Of a stretch of 64,000 nt of DNA, positions 1-13,406 are shown piece after piece. The stretch covers positions 21,452,001-21,516,000 of the forward strand of contig OZ024746.1 in the NCBI GenBank assembly GCA_964016885.1. The letters run 5' to 3'. Source of the DNA: Eledone cirrhosa. Taxonomy: Eukaryota. The number at the start of each line of letters is the position of its first letter. The first letter of the stretch is position 1. The notes under the pieces are model-generated. The model saw only the letters and a list, made by a program, of their open reading frames with translations, ran no database searches and was not told the origin of the DNA. A program made the position numbers and the translations under genes.

Positions 1-422
1 GAAAATTCAGCACTAGCTGACTGTTGGACTTAGAAAATAAATATTAAAAATTACCAAAAAATATGAATAAATAAATAAACTAGCTCTTTACAAAACATTT
101 TCATTCCCACTATTGCGATGTTCCTGTGCCGTCAGCAATTCTTTTCTACATTTAGATTTTGCAGATAATAAATACTCGGGTAATATTTCTTTGTTAAACA
201 ATATTAAGTTCATCAGCTTCGTGTTAGATAACAATTCTTATTTATAAATTACCTATACATAGAAAAAATATTTGCTAACATTTCTTTAATCTCCAAAGAA
301 AACGAAACGGGAACAGGTCAGTATTCTAAAATTGATATAATTAGAAAACGAACGTGTATAGTTGCTATATATTTTAAAGAGGAAGGCATTAGATTAATAC
401 ATGCACGCAACATACACACTAA

Positions 423-483
<61 letters not shown>

Positions 484-500
484 TGGGTCCGTCAACTCCT

Positions 501-546
<46 letters not shown>

Positions 547-1176
547 ATGTGTGTGTGTCTGTGTGCCTGAGTTGGTATGGACGTATGAATATAATAGTAT
601 GTATAAAGTAATATATATTTTTTCTATACGGAAACATTTGTTCTCAAAATATATTTTTATATTATACTTCTATTCTCTTTAATTATACAAATTATATATG
701 TATGGGTATATGTGTATGCATGTGTGTGTATTTATATAATTGTATATGTAACGTATGTATGTATAGAGAGAGGGTTAGGATAGGTAGTAGAAAAGCAAGT
801 GGTTAATGCTTTAAGAGAAACGATATTGTTTAGTAAGTTTCACCAATGTTATGTTTTACGTGTCATTGATTTAAGGTCGATAGTCTACAATGATAGCAAA
901 GTTTAACTGAGGCATATTAATTCTATTTTCATACGCATACTTCAATGATCACCTATAAAGATGCACAGTTTACTATTTGTCCGATTCCTAAGATTATTCT
1001 TGAGTTCATATAGCATTCATTTCATTTAATACAAAAATATTTGAATTGACAGCAATTAATTTTACTTTCTATTTCTGTACAACACAACATATTCCTTGAC
1101 ATTTGAATATATATACTTGGCAAATAACTATATGTATCACCTATCCCTCCTTTTTCTCTCTTTCTCGATACGTAAA

Positions 1177-1271
<95 letters not shown>

Positions 1272-2815
1272 GTGTGTGTGTGTGTGTGTGATATTATACA
1301 TTTAAGTTCATAAACGGAACAAAAAGCGCTACCTAATATTATTCAAGGTTCAATTCTGATCATCTCCCATTTTGTGCACGATGTTGCATGGTAATGCAGA
1401 GAGGTAACGCTTTTTGTCCTGTTTTTGACATAAAGGATATATCAGCTCTCATACTAGATTGAGGACTGTTTTCTTTTTTCCTTTTTCACATCTACTGATT
1501 TTTTGCTCCACACACATACATATATATAAAGTTTTCTGCAAAGTTTGTAGTATGAAGATAAAAGAATATTCTGCTTGGTTGCTTGTTGTGTGTCATCACA
1601 AATGTCACATTACTAAAGTGACGGTATGATGAATCATTAATACTTTACTATTTTTCTTGTTCCTGGTCTGATACCTGGGTGATTCCAATAGACAATGTCA
1701 TCATTTCTTCTATTTCCCTGAAAGTTAGCATATTAATATATTCGTGGCAAACAAATACGATTCCGGGATTTATTTATTTTTACTTCTTAAAGCGTTGACG
1801 TGCTGTGTTTAGTTCTCATAAGATTTTTTCCTGCTGATTGAAGCTGCATAGAATTATACATATAGTCACAATTTGAAACATGAGACATCAACGCTTGACT
1901 ACAAAATTATGTGGTTTGTAAATTTTGGATTTTTGGCTGGATTTTATCAAAGAATTAGAGTAACGTAGCTTTTCTAATTTTGCAAAAGAATAGACACACA
2001 CACAAAAATAATTTTATGGTTTAATTTTATCGTTTTCATATCGGAATGACGCACTTGTATAATTTCGAAGTCCAATTTCACATCTCAACATCAATACAAC
2101 GATGCTGCTGACTATATGGTTTGAGGGAGAGTTCTCTAAAGTGAAGTGCGTAGCTCACATCGGAGTTCCAGCTGACAAAATGGTGAAAAGGTTGCCCCAG
2201 AATATGGCATGGGAAACGCGTTGGAATAATCAGTCCAACTCACAGGGCTCGATAAGGAAATGGTATGGTGACCAAGAACAGCGAAAGTCTCCACTGCTAG
2301 TTCCGACCTCAAACCTATCAGAGAGCAACTAAAGTGTTCTTTCCATAATTTACCCATAAGTCAAATTTCAGCAAAATTGAAAATGTGGTAGTCTGTTTAC
2401 TTTAATTTTGGTTGTTGTCTTCTCTTTGTTAATTTTCTTCAATTTATTATTACTAATCTGTGATGAACTGGAATACATTTCTAACACGATATCTTACTTT
2501 CTTCTTCTTGACATTTTCTTTTCTTCACGAACGTATTGTTGCCATAAAAGTACAATACAATCACCTAGCCGTCACTTAAAACTCTATATGTACCTGTTAT
2601 GGCTTAACCAATATAAGTTATTGTTTTGTCTTGTCTTTTACCGTCGGTAGCATTCGAAACTGCCAGACGGCCATCACTCGACGACACAAGACCTTGGAGT
2701 TCTGTCTTTCGTTTGCCTTTTTATTAAAAAAAAACTTTTTAAGGTTTCCTTTTAAAAAAATCTTTTTCATTTTGTCTTGTTTTCGTTCGTTGTCTTCTCT
2801 TTGTTGATTTTCCTA

Positions 2816-2861
<46 letters not shown>

Positions 2862-2869
<8 letters not shown>

Positions 2870-3060
2870 AAAAAAAGGAAAAGAATGACTTCACTTGTAG
2901 TGCTAAATAATTTGATTTAATTTTATAATATTATAATCCAACTCATAATATTATGATATTATAAAATTAAATCAAATTATTTAGCACTACAAGTGAAGTA
3001 ATTATTTTCCTTTTTTTCAAATATACCTAACTGTACCAAGGATCTCACACATTTTCCAAT
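2862..3060 (+). mobile_element. Fold-back element in (TA)n (about 70-bp arms plus about 35-nt tail), probably a Penelope-like element end
   Basis: 2862-2935 is the inverted complement of about 2950-3025, followed by a unique tail and then (TA)n. Architecture matches the ribozyme-bearing palindromes, but no hammerhead core is seen. Confidence 0.5.
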
Positions 3061-3970
3061 ATATATATATATATATATAAATATATATAGGCACAGTGGG
3101 ATGGCTGACTGGTATTTAAAATCAAATCATTACTATTTCATTTAGTAGTTGAATATTCTAGTGTTTACCTGAGTTGATTTCAACGTCGTCTGGTGTTCAG
3201 TTTAGAAGAAGGCTTTCTTAATGTATTTAAGCTATAAAACCTAGGCATGTGGCTCATATGTTAAAAATATCACTTATACATTTGTATGAATCCTGAATCT
3301 ATGCGTGTATGTGTGTTACATTGTGTGTGATATACATTGGGCATGTGTGTATAAACGTTCCATTATTGATTATTTACAAAAGCCAATGATCAACAAGTAC
3401 ATTTCTCCCCCTTTTTTTAATCCATATTGAATAAACCATACATATTGGTACTGACCCAAAATCAAGTAATCGATACGCTAGTTGTACACAACCATAAATT
3501 AGTAGCAATAATAGACCTTACTCCTCTCTGAACATATATTTCTTCTATTCTTGTGGCGTTTTGTAATGAATTTGCTCTGCAAACAGTTTTCTTTATCTTT
3601 CTACGCTGTACATAGTTTTTATTTGGTTAAGGTTAAGCTTTACATATCACAAACTATAAATAAGATATCTGAAAGAACCTTCCCCGCAACCTTGCCCCCC
3701 CCCCCCCCCAATCATCTCACATATACACACACAAAGAAGCGAAGCAAAATCACCAGCATCTCATATACCAACCACATTATTTAAATCTTGATCAGTTGGT
3801 AATTGCTAAAAATAATTTAGTATGATTATAGATAATCGATTTTTAAACTAAACACTGACTTTTGACGCTGTCATCAAATAAAGAATATTTTGTTATATAT
3901 TCCGGAAATCTATCTTGTTTTCTGATTATTTTTTCTTGTGTAATATAAACATTTATTAAAATGGGCTTAC

Positions 3971-4295
3971 GTATATATATATAGATATATATATATATAT
4001 GTATATGTATATATATGTATATATATATATGTATGTATATATATATATGTATATATATGTATGTATATATATATATGTATATATGTATATATATATATAT
4101 GTATATATATACATATATATATATGTATATATGTATATATATATATGTATATATATGTATATATATATGTATATATATACATATATGTATATGTATATAT
4201 GTATATATATGTATATATATATATGTATATGTATATATGTATATATATGTATATATATATATATATATATGTATATGTATATATGTATATATATG

Positions 4296-4330
<35 letters not shown>

Positions 4331-4843
4331 GTATATATATGTATATATATATATGTATATATATGTATATATATACATGTATATATATGTATATATATGT
4401 ATATATATGTATATATATACATGTATATATATGTATATATATATACATATATGTATATATATGTATATATATACATATATATGTATATATATGTATATAT
4501 ATACATATATATGTATATATATGTATATATATACATATATATGTATATATATACATATATATGTATATATATACATATATATGTATATATATGTATATAT
4601 ATACATATATATGTATATATATGTATATATATACATATATATGTATATATATGTATATATATACATATATATGTATATATATGTATATATATACATATAT
4701 ATATATGTATATATATGTATATATATACATATATATATATGTATATATATATGTATATATATACATATATATGTATATATATGTATATATATATACATAT
4801 ATATATATGTATATATATACATATATATATATGTATATATATG

Positions 4844-4894
<51 letters not shown>

Positions 4895-4960
4895 GTATAT
4901 ATATACATATGTATATATATATATATATATGTATATATATACATATATATATATGTATAT
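3971..4960. repeat. Compound (TA)n/TG/CA microsatellite, about 1 kb
   Basis: Direct inspection; it generates spurious IY/YM/HI ORFs in all frames. Confidence 0.97.
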
Positions 4961-5003
4961 ATAATATATAAGAATAAAAAAATGGTTAAAAGAGTTCCAT
5001 GTA

Positions 5004-5070
5004 TTTTATTATGCGCATTTCAAAAACAAATATCATCATGCAATAATATTTGTGTTTTCATCAGATAAAA
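5004..5070 (-). ncRNA. Type I hammerhead ribozyme (mirror copy of 5177-5243)
   Basis: Reverse complement of the + strand motif, in the left palindrome arm. Confidence 0.85.
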
Positions 5071-5176
5071 CAGGAAGACATGATATGAAGGTTACAAAAC
5101 ACTTGTGGATAGTGCAGTTTTAAATCAACTGCACTATCCACAAGTGTTTTTTTAACCTTCATATCATGTCTTCCTG

Positions 5177-5243
5177 TTTTATCTGATGAAAACACAAATA
5201 TTATTGCATGATGATATTTGTTTTTGAAATGCGCATAATAAAA
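5177..5243 (+). ncRNA. Type I hammerhead ribozyme, full core
   Basis: Stem I ttttat/ataaaa; CTGATGA at 5183-5189; long stem II aaacacaaatattat-tgcatg-atgatatttgttttt; GAAA at 5226; palindromic stem III atgcgcat; predicted cleavage after AUA at 5237. Confidence 0.85.
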
Positions 5244-5410
5244 TACATGGAACTCTTTTAACCATCTTTTGTTCTTATATATTATGTATACTCCAGTTCT
5301 ACAAACTGTAGAGTGCTTCTTATCCGATATCTGCATTGCTTTATTGTACTACAATAAAACTCACCTCCTACATATATGTATATATATGTATATATATATG
5401 TATATATATG

Positions 5411-5442
<32 letters not shown>

Positions 5443-6087
5443 TGTATATATATGTATATATATATATACATATATATATATGTATATATATGTATATATA
5501 TATATACATATATATTTATATGTATATATATGTATGTATATATATATATATATATACATGTATATTTATATGTATATATATATATACATATATATTTATA
5601 TGTATATATATGTATATATATATATATACATATATATTTATATGTATATATATGTATATATATATACATATATATATATAAGTATATATTATCCTCATCA
5701 TCATCATCATCATCAACGTTTAACGTCCGTGTTCCACGCTTGCATGGGTTTGGACGGGGGTTTTCCCACTTGAGGCAAGAGTGATTGTCTTGCTCGCATA
5801 GGACTGTCTGGCAGGTTTTCTATAGTTGGATGCCCTTCCTAACACCAACCACATTTACAGTGTGGGTCTGGGAGGTTTTTACCGTGTTGCCTACACGGCC
5901 ACATTACAGCGTGGACTGTGTGTTTTTTTGTCGTGACACCTACACGATCTCATTTGTTTCGGCCTGGATGGTGTGGCACCAACATAACTTTACATAGAAG
6001 GGGGCGGTGTGGATGGGGTGGGGGTGGTGGGACGGGGGTGTATTTTGTTAGAGATGCCTACTGACTGTAGTAGGTTTTACTTTGTAT

Positions 6088-9087
6088 TTAGGTAAGGCGG
6101 GTCTTCTCTATTACTGAGTACCGCCAAAGGTCTCGGTCCAGTGACATTGTCTTGGTGAGGTGTAAGTGTGTGAGGTCGGAGTTTATCAGCTCGTCCCAGG
6201 TTTTTCTGGGTCTGCCTATTCCGTGGCTACCGTCTATCTTTATTGCCCTGCACTTTGTTATACAGCTATCGTCCTTCATGCGCATCACGTGACCATACCA
6301 ACGTAGCCTTCTCTCTAGTAAACAACATCTGATCCCTCTTATTTCTAATTTTTTCCTTAGTTCGTTTATGCTTTGTCGTTCACGTATATTACTATTACAC
6401 ATCCAGCGGAGCATGCAAGCTTCGTTTCTCTCTAGTCTGCGTATATCCTCTGCACACAATGCCCAAGTCTCACTGCCATGCAACATTGCTGTTCGTATGC
6501 AGGCATCGTACAGCCTGCCTTTCATTTTTAGGGAGAACCCTTTAGCGGCTAATAGTGGTATAAGCTCTCTGAACTTTTTCCACCCAGTTCTGACTCTAGC
6601 TACTGTACTTTCAGAGCACCCTCCCCCACTGCTGATTTTGTCACCCAGGTAACAGAAGCTGTCCACTATTTCTATAGAACCCTCTGCGCAGTTGAAAGAG
6701 CTAGTATTTTGTGGGCACTTGCTGCTACTTATTGCCCCAGAACACCGGCCACATGTAAAATCTGTTCTTAGTTAGCTTACCTGTGATCCCACTACATCTT
6801 TTATGCACCCAAACTTTGCATTTGGGACACAAAATGGAATTTCTACCTACGCCTTTCCTACACTCTGCGCATGGCCACTTCCCGGAGGGGACCGCCGCCT
6901 TATTTTCTTTCTTACAAACTAGAACTTTAGTCTTAGCCAGGTTAATTTTAAAGCCTTTTGATTCTAGGCCGTGCTTCCATGTTTGGAATTTCTTCTCTAG
7001 CTCGGCCATTGATTCAGCTATGAGCGTTAGATCATCTGCGTATAGGAGTTCCCATGGGCAGCCGGTCTTGAACTCCACTGTTATAGCCTGGAGGGCAATA
7101 ATAAATAGTAGGGGGCTAAGAACAGAGCCCTGATGAACACCAACTTTTACACTAAACTCTTCACTATATTCGTTGTTAATTCTAACCTTGCTGACTGTTA
7201 TACATGGCTTGTATAGCTCTCACAAGCCATTCATCAACACCTAGTTTTCTAAGAGCCCACCAGATAATGGAACGGGGGACTCTGTCGAAGGCCTTCTCCA
7301 AGTCGACGAAAGCTAAGTATAGGGGTTTACTTTTAGCTAGGTACTTCTCCTGTAGTTGTCGTACAATGAAAAGAGCGTTTGTGGTACTTTTTCCTGACAC
7401 AAACCCGAACTGCATTTCATCTAGATCAATTCGCTCTCTGATTAGTTGCGCTATTACATTTTCCGTGACCTTCATGACCTGGTCGATTAATTTAATGCCT
7501 CTATAGTTACTCCTATCTAGGGCATCTCCTTTACCCTTATAACAGTTAACGATAATGCTGCTACGCCAGTCCTTCGGAACAACCCCATTCTGTATGACTT
7601 GGTTGACTATCCGGGTGACCATGGTGTGTCCCACCGTACCAGATGCCTTCAGCATCTCGGCAACTATTTCCGAAGGCCCAGCCGCCTTGCCTGTCTTCAT
7701 ATCTTTGATTGCCTTACTTATTATACTACCCTCGACTAACACTGCTGGTCCCTCTATTGGGTCGATGTGAGGGAGACTGTCTTTCTCCCATTTATTCTCC
7801 TCATTTAGTAGCCTTTCATAGTGACACTTCCAAGCTACCTTCTTATCGGCGTCGGTGATGGCAAGTATGCCGTCACCGTTAAGTACACACTTCTCCCCGA
7901 CAATATCACTGTTTTCCTTGACACATTGCCTAGCAATCCTGAACACCTCACGTTTTTGGTCCTCACGTTGTAGAACATGCTTGAACTTTCTTTCCTCTGC
8001 TTCCCTTCTTGCGAAGTACACTTGTCTCCTAGCTTCCCTCCTGGCCACTTGATAGTCTTCTCTGCTTCCCCCATCCCGCCATACTTTCCAAGCCTGCTTT
8101 TTGGCCTTAATTGACCCCTCCACCTTACTGTTCCACCACCATGTTACTCTCCTCCTGCCTACAGGCCTGCTCCAGCCACAGACTTCGTCTGCCGCCGTCA
8201 GCAGGTTTGCTTTCAGGAATTCCCACTGTTCCTCTACCTTGTACGTCTCTAATTGCTCTTCCTCACTGTCGAAAGCATCAAGTAATATGCTTTGGAATTT
8301 ATTTTTGGCTGTGGGGTCCTTTAGCTTCCATATTTTTCTCCTGAGGATAGACCTCTTCTGTTGTCTAGTACGTCTCGTCCTGACTATTAGGTCGCTAATT
8401 ATCAGTCTATGTTGGGAAGTGCATTCCTCATGGGGGAGGGATTTAGTGTTTACGACAGTCACTTTGTCACGTCTTCTGGTAAGGATATAATCTACCTGGC
8501 TAGTATGTTCCCCTGATCTGTAGGTGATCAAGTGATTGTCTCGTTTTTTGAAGTTAGTGTTGCCGATAGTTAGGTTATTTGCGTCGCAGAATTCCAGTAT
8601 TCTGGAGCCTTCCTCATTTCTAGTACCAAACCCATAGCCTCCATGGATTTCGTCGTAGCCGTCACAATGTTGTCCAACGTGACCGTTTAGGTCGCCTGCA
8701 ATAATTATATAGTCACTGTCGGTTATTTGGGAGGTAGTGAGCATCAGTGTCTCATAGAATCTGTCTTTTATAGTGCTGGGTAGTCCGAATTGGGGTGCGT
8801 ACGCGGATATTACTGTCACCGTAGTTCTATTGAGGACAAGTCTTATTTTAATTATTCTGTCGTTCACTCTATTTACGTCTATTATCTTATCTGCCCACTT
8901 TTCTGCTACCATGATTCCTACTCCACCCAGCCCATTGTCGTTTCCCACCTAGAAAAGCTTATAGCATCGTTCTTTACCCACGATGAATCTAGCAGATCCA
9001 CCCCTCCACCTGGTCTCTTGAATACAACAAACATCGACCTCCTTACGTTCAAGCATTTCTACAACCTCGTTAGAGCGACCCTTTAAG
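6088..9087 (-). pseudogene. Disrupted APE-RT ORF of the RTE LINE
   Basis: In-frame TAG at 8949-8951 (probably from TGG), frameshifts near 7195 and 6770, and the N-terminus interrupted by a TA-rich microsatellite at 9088. Confidence 0.88.
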
Positions 9088-9766
9088 GTGTGTGTGTATA
9101 TATATATACATATATATATATATGTATATATGTATATATATATATATACATATATATGTATATATATGTATATATATGTATATATATGTATATATATGTA
9201 TATACATATATATGTATATATACATATATATATATGTATATATATGTATATATATGTATGTATATATATATGTATATATATGTATATATATGTATATATA
9301 TGTATATGTATATATATGTATATATATGTATGTGTATATATATGTATATATATGTATATGTATATATATATATGTATATGTATATATATGTATATATATG
9401 TATGTATATGTATATATATGTATATATATGTATGTATATGTATATATATGTATATGTATATATATGTATATATATGTATGTATATGTATATATATGTATA
9501 TACATATATATGTATATATATGTATATGTATATGTATATATATGTATATGTATATATATATGTATATACATATATATGTATATATATATGTATATACATA
9601 TATATATACATATACATATATGTATATATGTATATACATATATATGTATATATATGTATATACATATATATGTATATATATGTATATACATATATATGTA
9701 TATATGTATATACATATATATGTATATATATGTATATACATATATATGTATATATATGTATATATG

Positions 9767-9807
<41 letters not shown>

Positions 9808-10167
9808 GTATATACATATATATATATATATATATATGTATATGTATATATATGTATATACATATATATGTATATATGTATATACATATATATGTATATA
9901 TATGTATATACATATATATATATGTATATATATGTATATACATATATATATATATATGTATATGTATATATATGTATATACATATATATGTATATATGTA
10001 TATACATATATATGTATATATATGTATATGTATATACATATATATGTATATATATGTATATGTATATATACATATATATGTATGTATATATATGTATATG
10101 TATATATACATATATATGTATATATATGTATATATATACATATATATGTATATATATGTATATATAG
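9088..10167. repeat. Compound TA-rich microsatellite inside the LINE ORF
   Basis: Direct inspection; it interrupts the endonuclease N-terminus just before TLKGRS. Confidence 0.95.
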
Positions 10168-10438
10168 TAAGCCTATAAACGTTTTGGCCGACTCTCGTAT
10201 GATAATATAGTTTGTATCGAATGGTGAGCAAATGGCGTCCCACGTGCTGGCCTCCCCACAACCCCGGTGGACAGGATGGAGAAGGGGTTTCCTCGGAGGA
10301 TGGTAAGGCAGATGTGCTGCAAGAGCCATTCCAACTCGCGAGGCTCACACCTGCGGTTGGCCAGCTAAGCGCCTGAGCATGTTGAAAGTTAGTTAGTTTG
10401 AACGGCCTGAGTGTTTAAATACTCTGCGTATTACGTTA

Positions 10439-11330
10439 TGTTGTTATGTTATTGGTTAGAATATATTGAATTCTACATTGCCTCAGTTCACGTTGTTATG
10501 TTATTGGCTAGAATATATTGAATTCTACATTGCCTCAGTTCACGTTGTTATGTTATTGGCTAGAATATATTGAATTCTACATTGCCTCAGTTCACGTTGT
10601 TATGTTATTGGCTAGAATATATTGAATTCTACATTGCCTCAGTTCACGTTGTTATGTTATTGGCTAGAATATATTGAATTCTACATTGCCTCAGTTCACG
10701 TTGTTATGTTATTGGCTAGAATATATTGAATTCTACATTGCCTCAGTTCACGTTGTTATGTTATTGGCTAGAATATATTGAATTCTACATTGCCTCAGTT
10801 CACGTTGTTATGTTATTGGCTAGAATATATTGAATTCTACATTGCCTCAGTTCACGTTGTTATGTTATTGGCTAGAATATATTGAATTCTACATTGCCTC
10901 AGTTCACGTTGTTATGTTATTGGCTAGAATATATTGAATTCTACATTGCCTCAGTTCACGTTGTTATGTTATTGGCTAGAATATATTGAGTTCTACATTG
11001 CCTCAGTTCACGTTGTTATGTTATTGGCTAGAATATATTGAGTTCTACATTGCCTCAGTTCACGTTGTTATGTTATTGGCTAGAATATATTGAATTCTAC
11101 ATTGCCTCAGTTCACGTTGTTATGTTATTGGCTAGAATATATTGAGTTCTACATTGCCTCAGTTCACGTTGTTATGTTATTGGCTAGAATATATTGAATT
11201 CTACATTGCCTCAGTTCACGTTGTTATGTTATTGGCTAGAATATATTGAATTCTACATTGCCTCAGTTCACGTTGTTATGTTATTGGCTAGAATATATTG
11301 AATTCTACATTGCCTCAGTTCACGTTGTTA
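10439..11330. repeat. 52-bp tandem minisatellite, about 17 near-identical copies
   Basis: Unit cgttgttatgttattggctagaatatattgaattctacattgcctcagttca with period 52 (10491, 10543, ...). Variants are limited to gaattc>gagttc in three copies and ggcta>ggtta in the first. Confidence 0.97.
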
Positions 11331-11384
11331 GGAAGAATATAGGTTCCTGGTCCTCATCTGCAATTATTATTGATAATGGACTGC

Positions 11385-11595
11385 AAGGGCAATGAATTGG
11401 CAGAATGGGTAGAGCGTCAGACAACATGCTTTTAGGCTTATAGTTCAAAGTTCAAATCCCACCGAAGCTAGCTTTGCCTTTAATTCTTACGGGGTGGATA
11501 AAATAAAGTACCAGTAACGCTCTGGTATCGATTTAATAGACTTTCCCCTCCCTGACAATTGTTGGCCTTGTGCCTAAATCAGAAACCTCTATTAA
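11385..11595 (+). mobile_element. tRNA-derived SINE with Meta-like domain
   Basis: tggcagaatgggtagagc A box, gttcaaatccc B box, ctttgccttt...ggggtggataaaataaagtaccag, and ggccttgtgcctaaa tail. Confidence 0.75.
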
Positions 11596-11596
11596 T

Positions 11597-11788
11597 AATT
11601 GTTTCTACTTTTGGCACAAGGCCAGCAATTATCCCAATGCATTACTGGTACTTCATTTTTCGACCCCGTAAGGATGAAAGGCAAAGTTAACCGTGGCGGG
11701 ATTTGAACTCAGATCGTAAAGGGCCGTAACTCTATGCTGCAAAGCATGGCGTCCGACCCTCTACCGATACTACCAATCCACCGCCCTA
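11597..11788 (-). mobile_element. tRNA-derived SINE with Meta-like domain (tail-to-tail with the previous copy)
   Basis: Reverse complement of the 59885-60085 type; a further partial + copy lies at about 11925-12030. Confidence 0.8.
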
Positions 11789-12639
11789 TTAATAACAAAC
11801 CCGCGTCATATTCATGCGAGATTAATCTTTCATCCGTTTAACACATTAAAGCTGGGGCTAAGCTATGCCTGGACATTGGAAATTCCATCGGAGAGAGGAA
11901 GTATTGTGTCATATACATTATTTTCCGCCGAGGTTAACTTTGCCTTTCATCCTTACGAGGTCGATAAAATAAAGTACCAGTAATGTACTGGGTAATTGCT
12001 GGCCTTGTGCCAAAAGTAGAAACAGTTATTTTCTGCATCCATTACTGCATTTTGATGAAGAAAATGTCAATTAACTTTATAAGAGTATAGAGAGATATTA
12101 AATAGAACAGAACAAAACTTATAGGATTGAAATTTATTGTCACACGATGAAATAATTGACACATAACAGACATCCTATCTATATATATATATACAAAGTT
12201 TTGTAGATCCGCCAAGACAGGTGATATCAATGTAATTCATACTTAGTTTTAAATTCTTTCAGTTAATATCTGCAGAGAATATTCGATTGTTGAAGCAGTT
12301 AAGTTGATTGATCAGTAGTTGAAAGTTTCAGTTGGCAGCGTTGTCAAAGTTGTGGATAGATGACTGAAAAGGTTTGAAGAAGCTTTATTCAGAATATATT
12401 AGACCTGTCAACTTTTCCCGTCCGACGGTGAGATCTCCCACCCATTTAGGGAGGGGTGAGAGATGTCTTCCCTTGTGAAAATGGGTATAGCTTTCATTAA
12501 GTAAAATCTCCCAATTTGTCCCCATTTTGGGATACCTTTTTTCATGATACCCCCGTTTGGGTTTTTTAGAGGTTGGTAGTTCTGATATAGACAACATTAT
12601 ACTAAACATTATTTCAAAAACTGCTCGTCAGACTTGGTG

Positions 12640-12675
<36 letters not shown>

Positions 12676-13406
12676 TCTGGTTTCTCCTCACCCCGAACAG
12701 ATAAATCATTTGCGTTTTACTAAAGATTTCCGTGGGAAGGAACAATTTAATGAATTATACTTCAACTCACGTAATGGGTCGATAACCAATAAAATAACAA
12801 AAAACATAATTTTTCTTATCATATATATATTATTTTCTGCTGAAAATATATAGATTGCCATTTTTGGTTTCACGTAATATCAGTTTCATGTAATATATTC
12901 CATACAAATCTAAATTTTTTAAGAGTGTTCAATTTGAAAGATTATATTTTGTAAAACGTGTCCAAAAATATTTCTTGATTTATAAAAAAAACCCTGATAC
13001 TGATTAAATCGTTTTTTAAATTACTATTCAGTTAAACCGATACAATTATAGTCTTATCAGCTGTAAATAATTTACACAACATATTATCGATTTTGTAAGA
13101 CATGAATTATTTAATAGACACTTTATGGGTTAAGACAATGACATGAGCGGTAAATATTAGATATAAATAGTTACGTCAGAGTTCTGCTATTTATGTACGC
13201 TATTTCTGTTGCAAACTTATGTGTTTCGCTGTGGCTAAATTTAAAACGATTTCGATAAAAAACGTTTTAATATTTATGATTCCTCAGAATGCTTTTAGTT
13301 AGTAAGTAACAGATATATTTAGTGATAGGTATATTTACATTAGGGCTGAATAGGGCATGGAGCCAAATGATTTTAAATTTTCTGTTTCTAAGGACCAGAA
13401 ATGTAT

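Larger units (their letters stand above)
4961..5372 (+). mobile_element. Penelope-like element end (inverted pLTR palindrome plus tail) with hammerhead ribozyme
   Basis: Near-perfect arms 4961-5119 and 5127-5285 with a 7-nt loop, an unpaired tail to about 5372, (TA)n flanks, and one hammerhead per arm. Confidence 0.75.
5692..11358 (-). mobile_element. Near full-length RTE-clade LINE, disabled
   Basis: Minus strand encodes APE endonuclease (TLKGRS..CIQETRW, SAYAPQ, GDLNGHVG, SQVDY, HRLI), RT (YRGIKL, QFGF, FVDLEKAFDRV, GVHQGSVLSPLLF, YADD) and the RTE C-terminus (RRLRWYGHVMR, GRPRKTW). (GAT)n 3' tail at about 5695-5715. Candidate 8-bp TSD tcctcatc at 5692-5699 and 11351-11358, so the 5' boundary is less certain. 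Confidence 0.9.

Noticed and set aside
160-222. Minus-strand ctgatga...gaaa motif
   Set aside because: Stems I and II do not pair.
1552-1628. Possible signal-peptide first exon (MKIKEYSAWLLVVC...)
   Set aside because: Weak hydrophobic core and no convincing phase-1 donor; the first exon could not be located.
2102-2357. GC-richer stretch with ORFs on both strands
   Set aside because: No recognisable motif or splice context; cannot be assigned without a database search.
3843-5784. Long IY/YM/HI-rich ORFs (also at 9-10 kb, 47.6-49.1 kb, 56 kb and 63.2 kb)
   Set aside because: Translations of TA/CA microsatellites that lack stop codons; not genes.
10439-11330. CRISPR-like appearance of the regular array
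   Set aside because: No unique spacers, eukaryotic context and no cas genes; it is a head-to-tail minisatellite.
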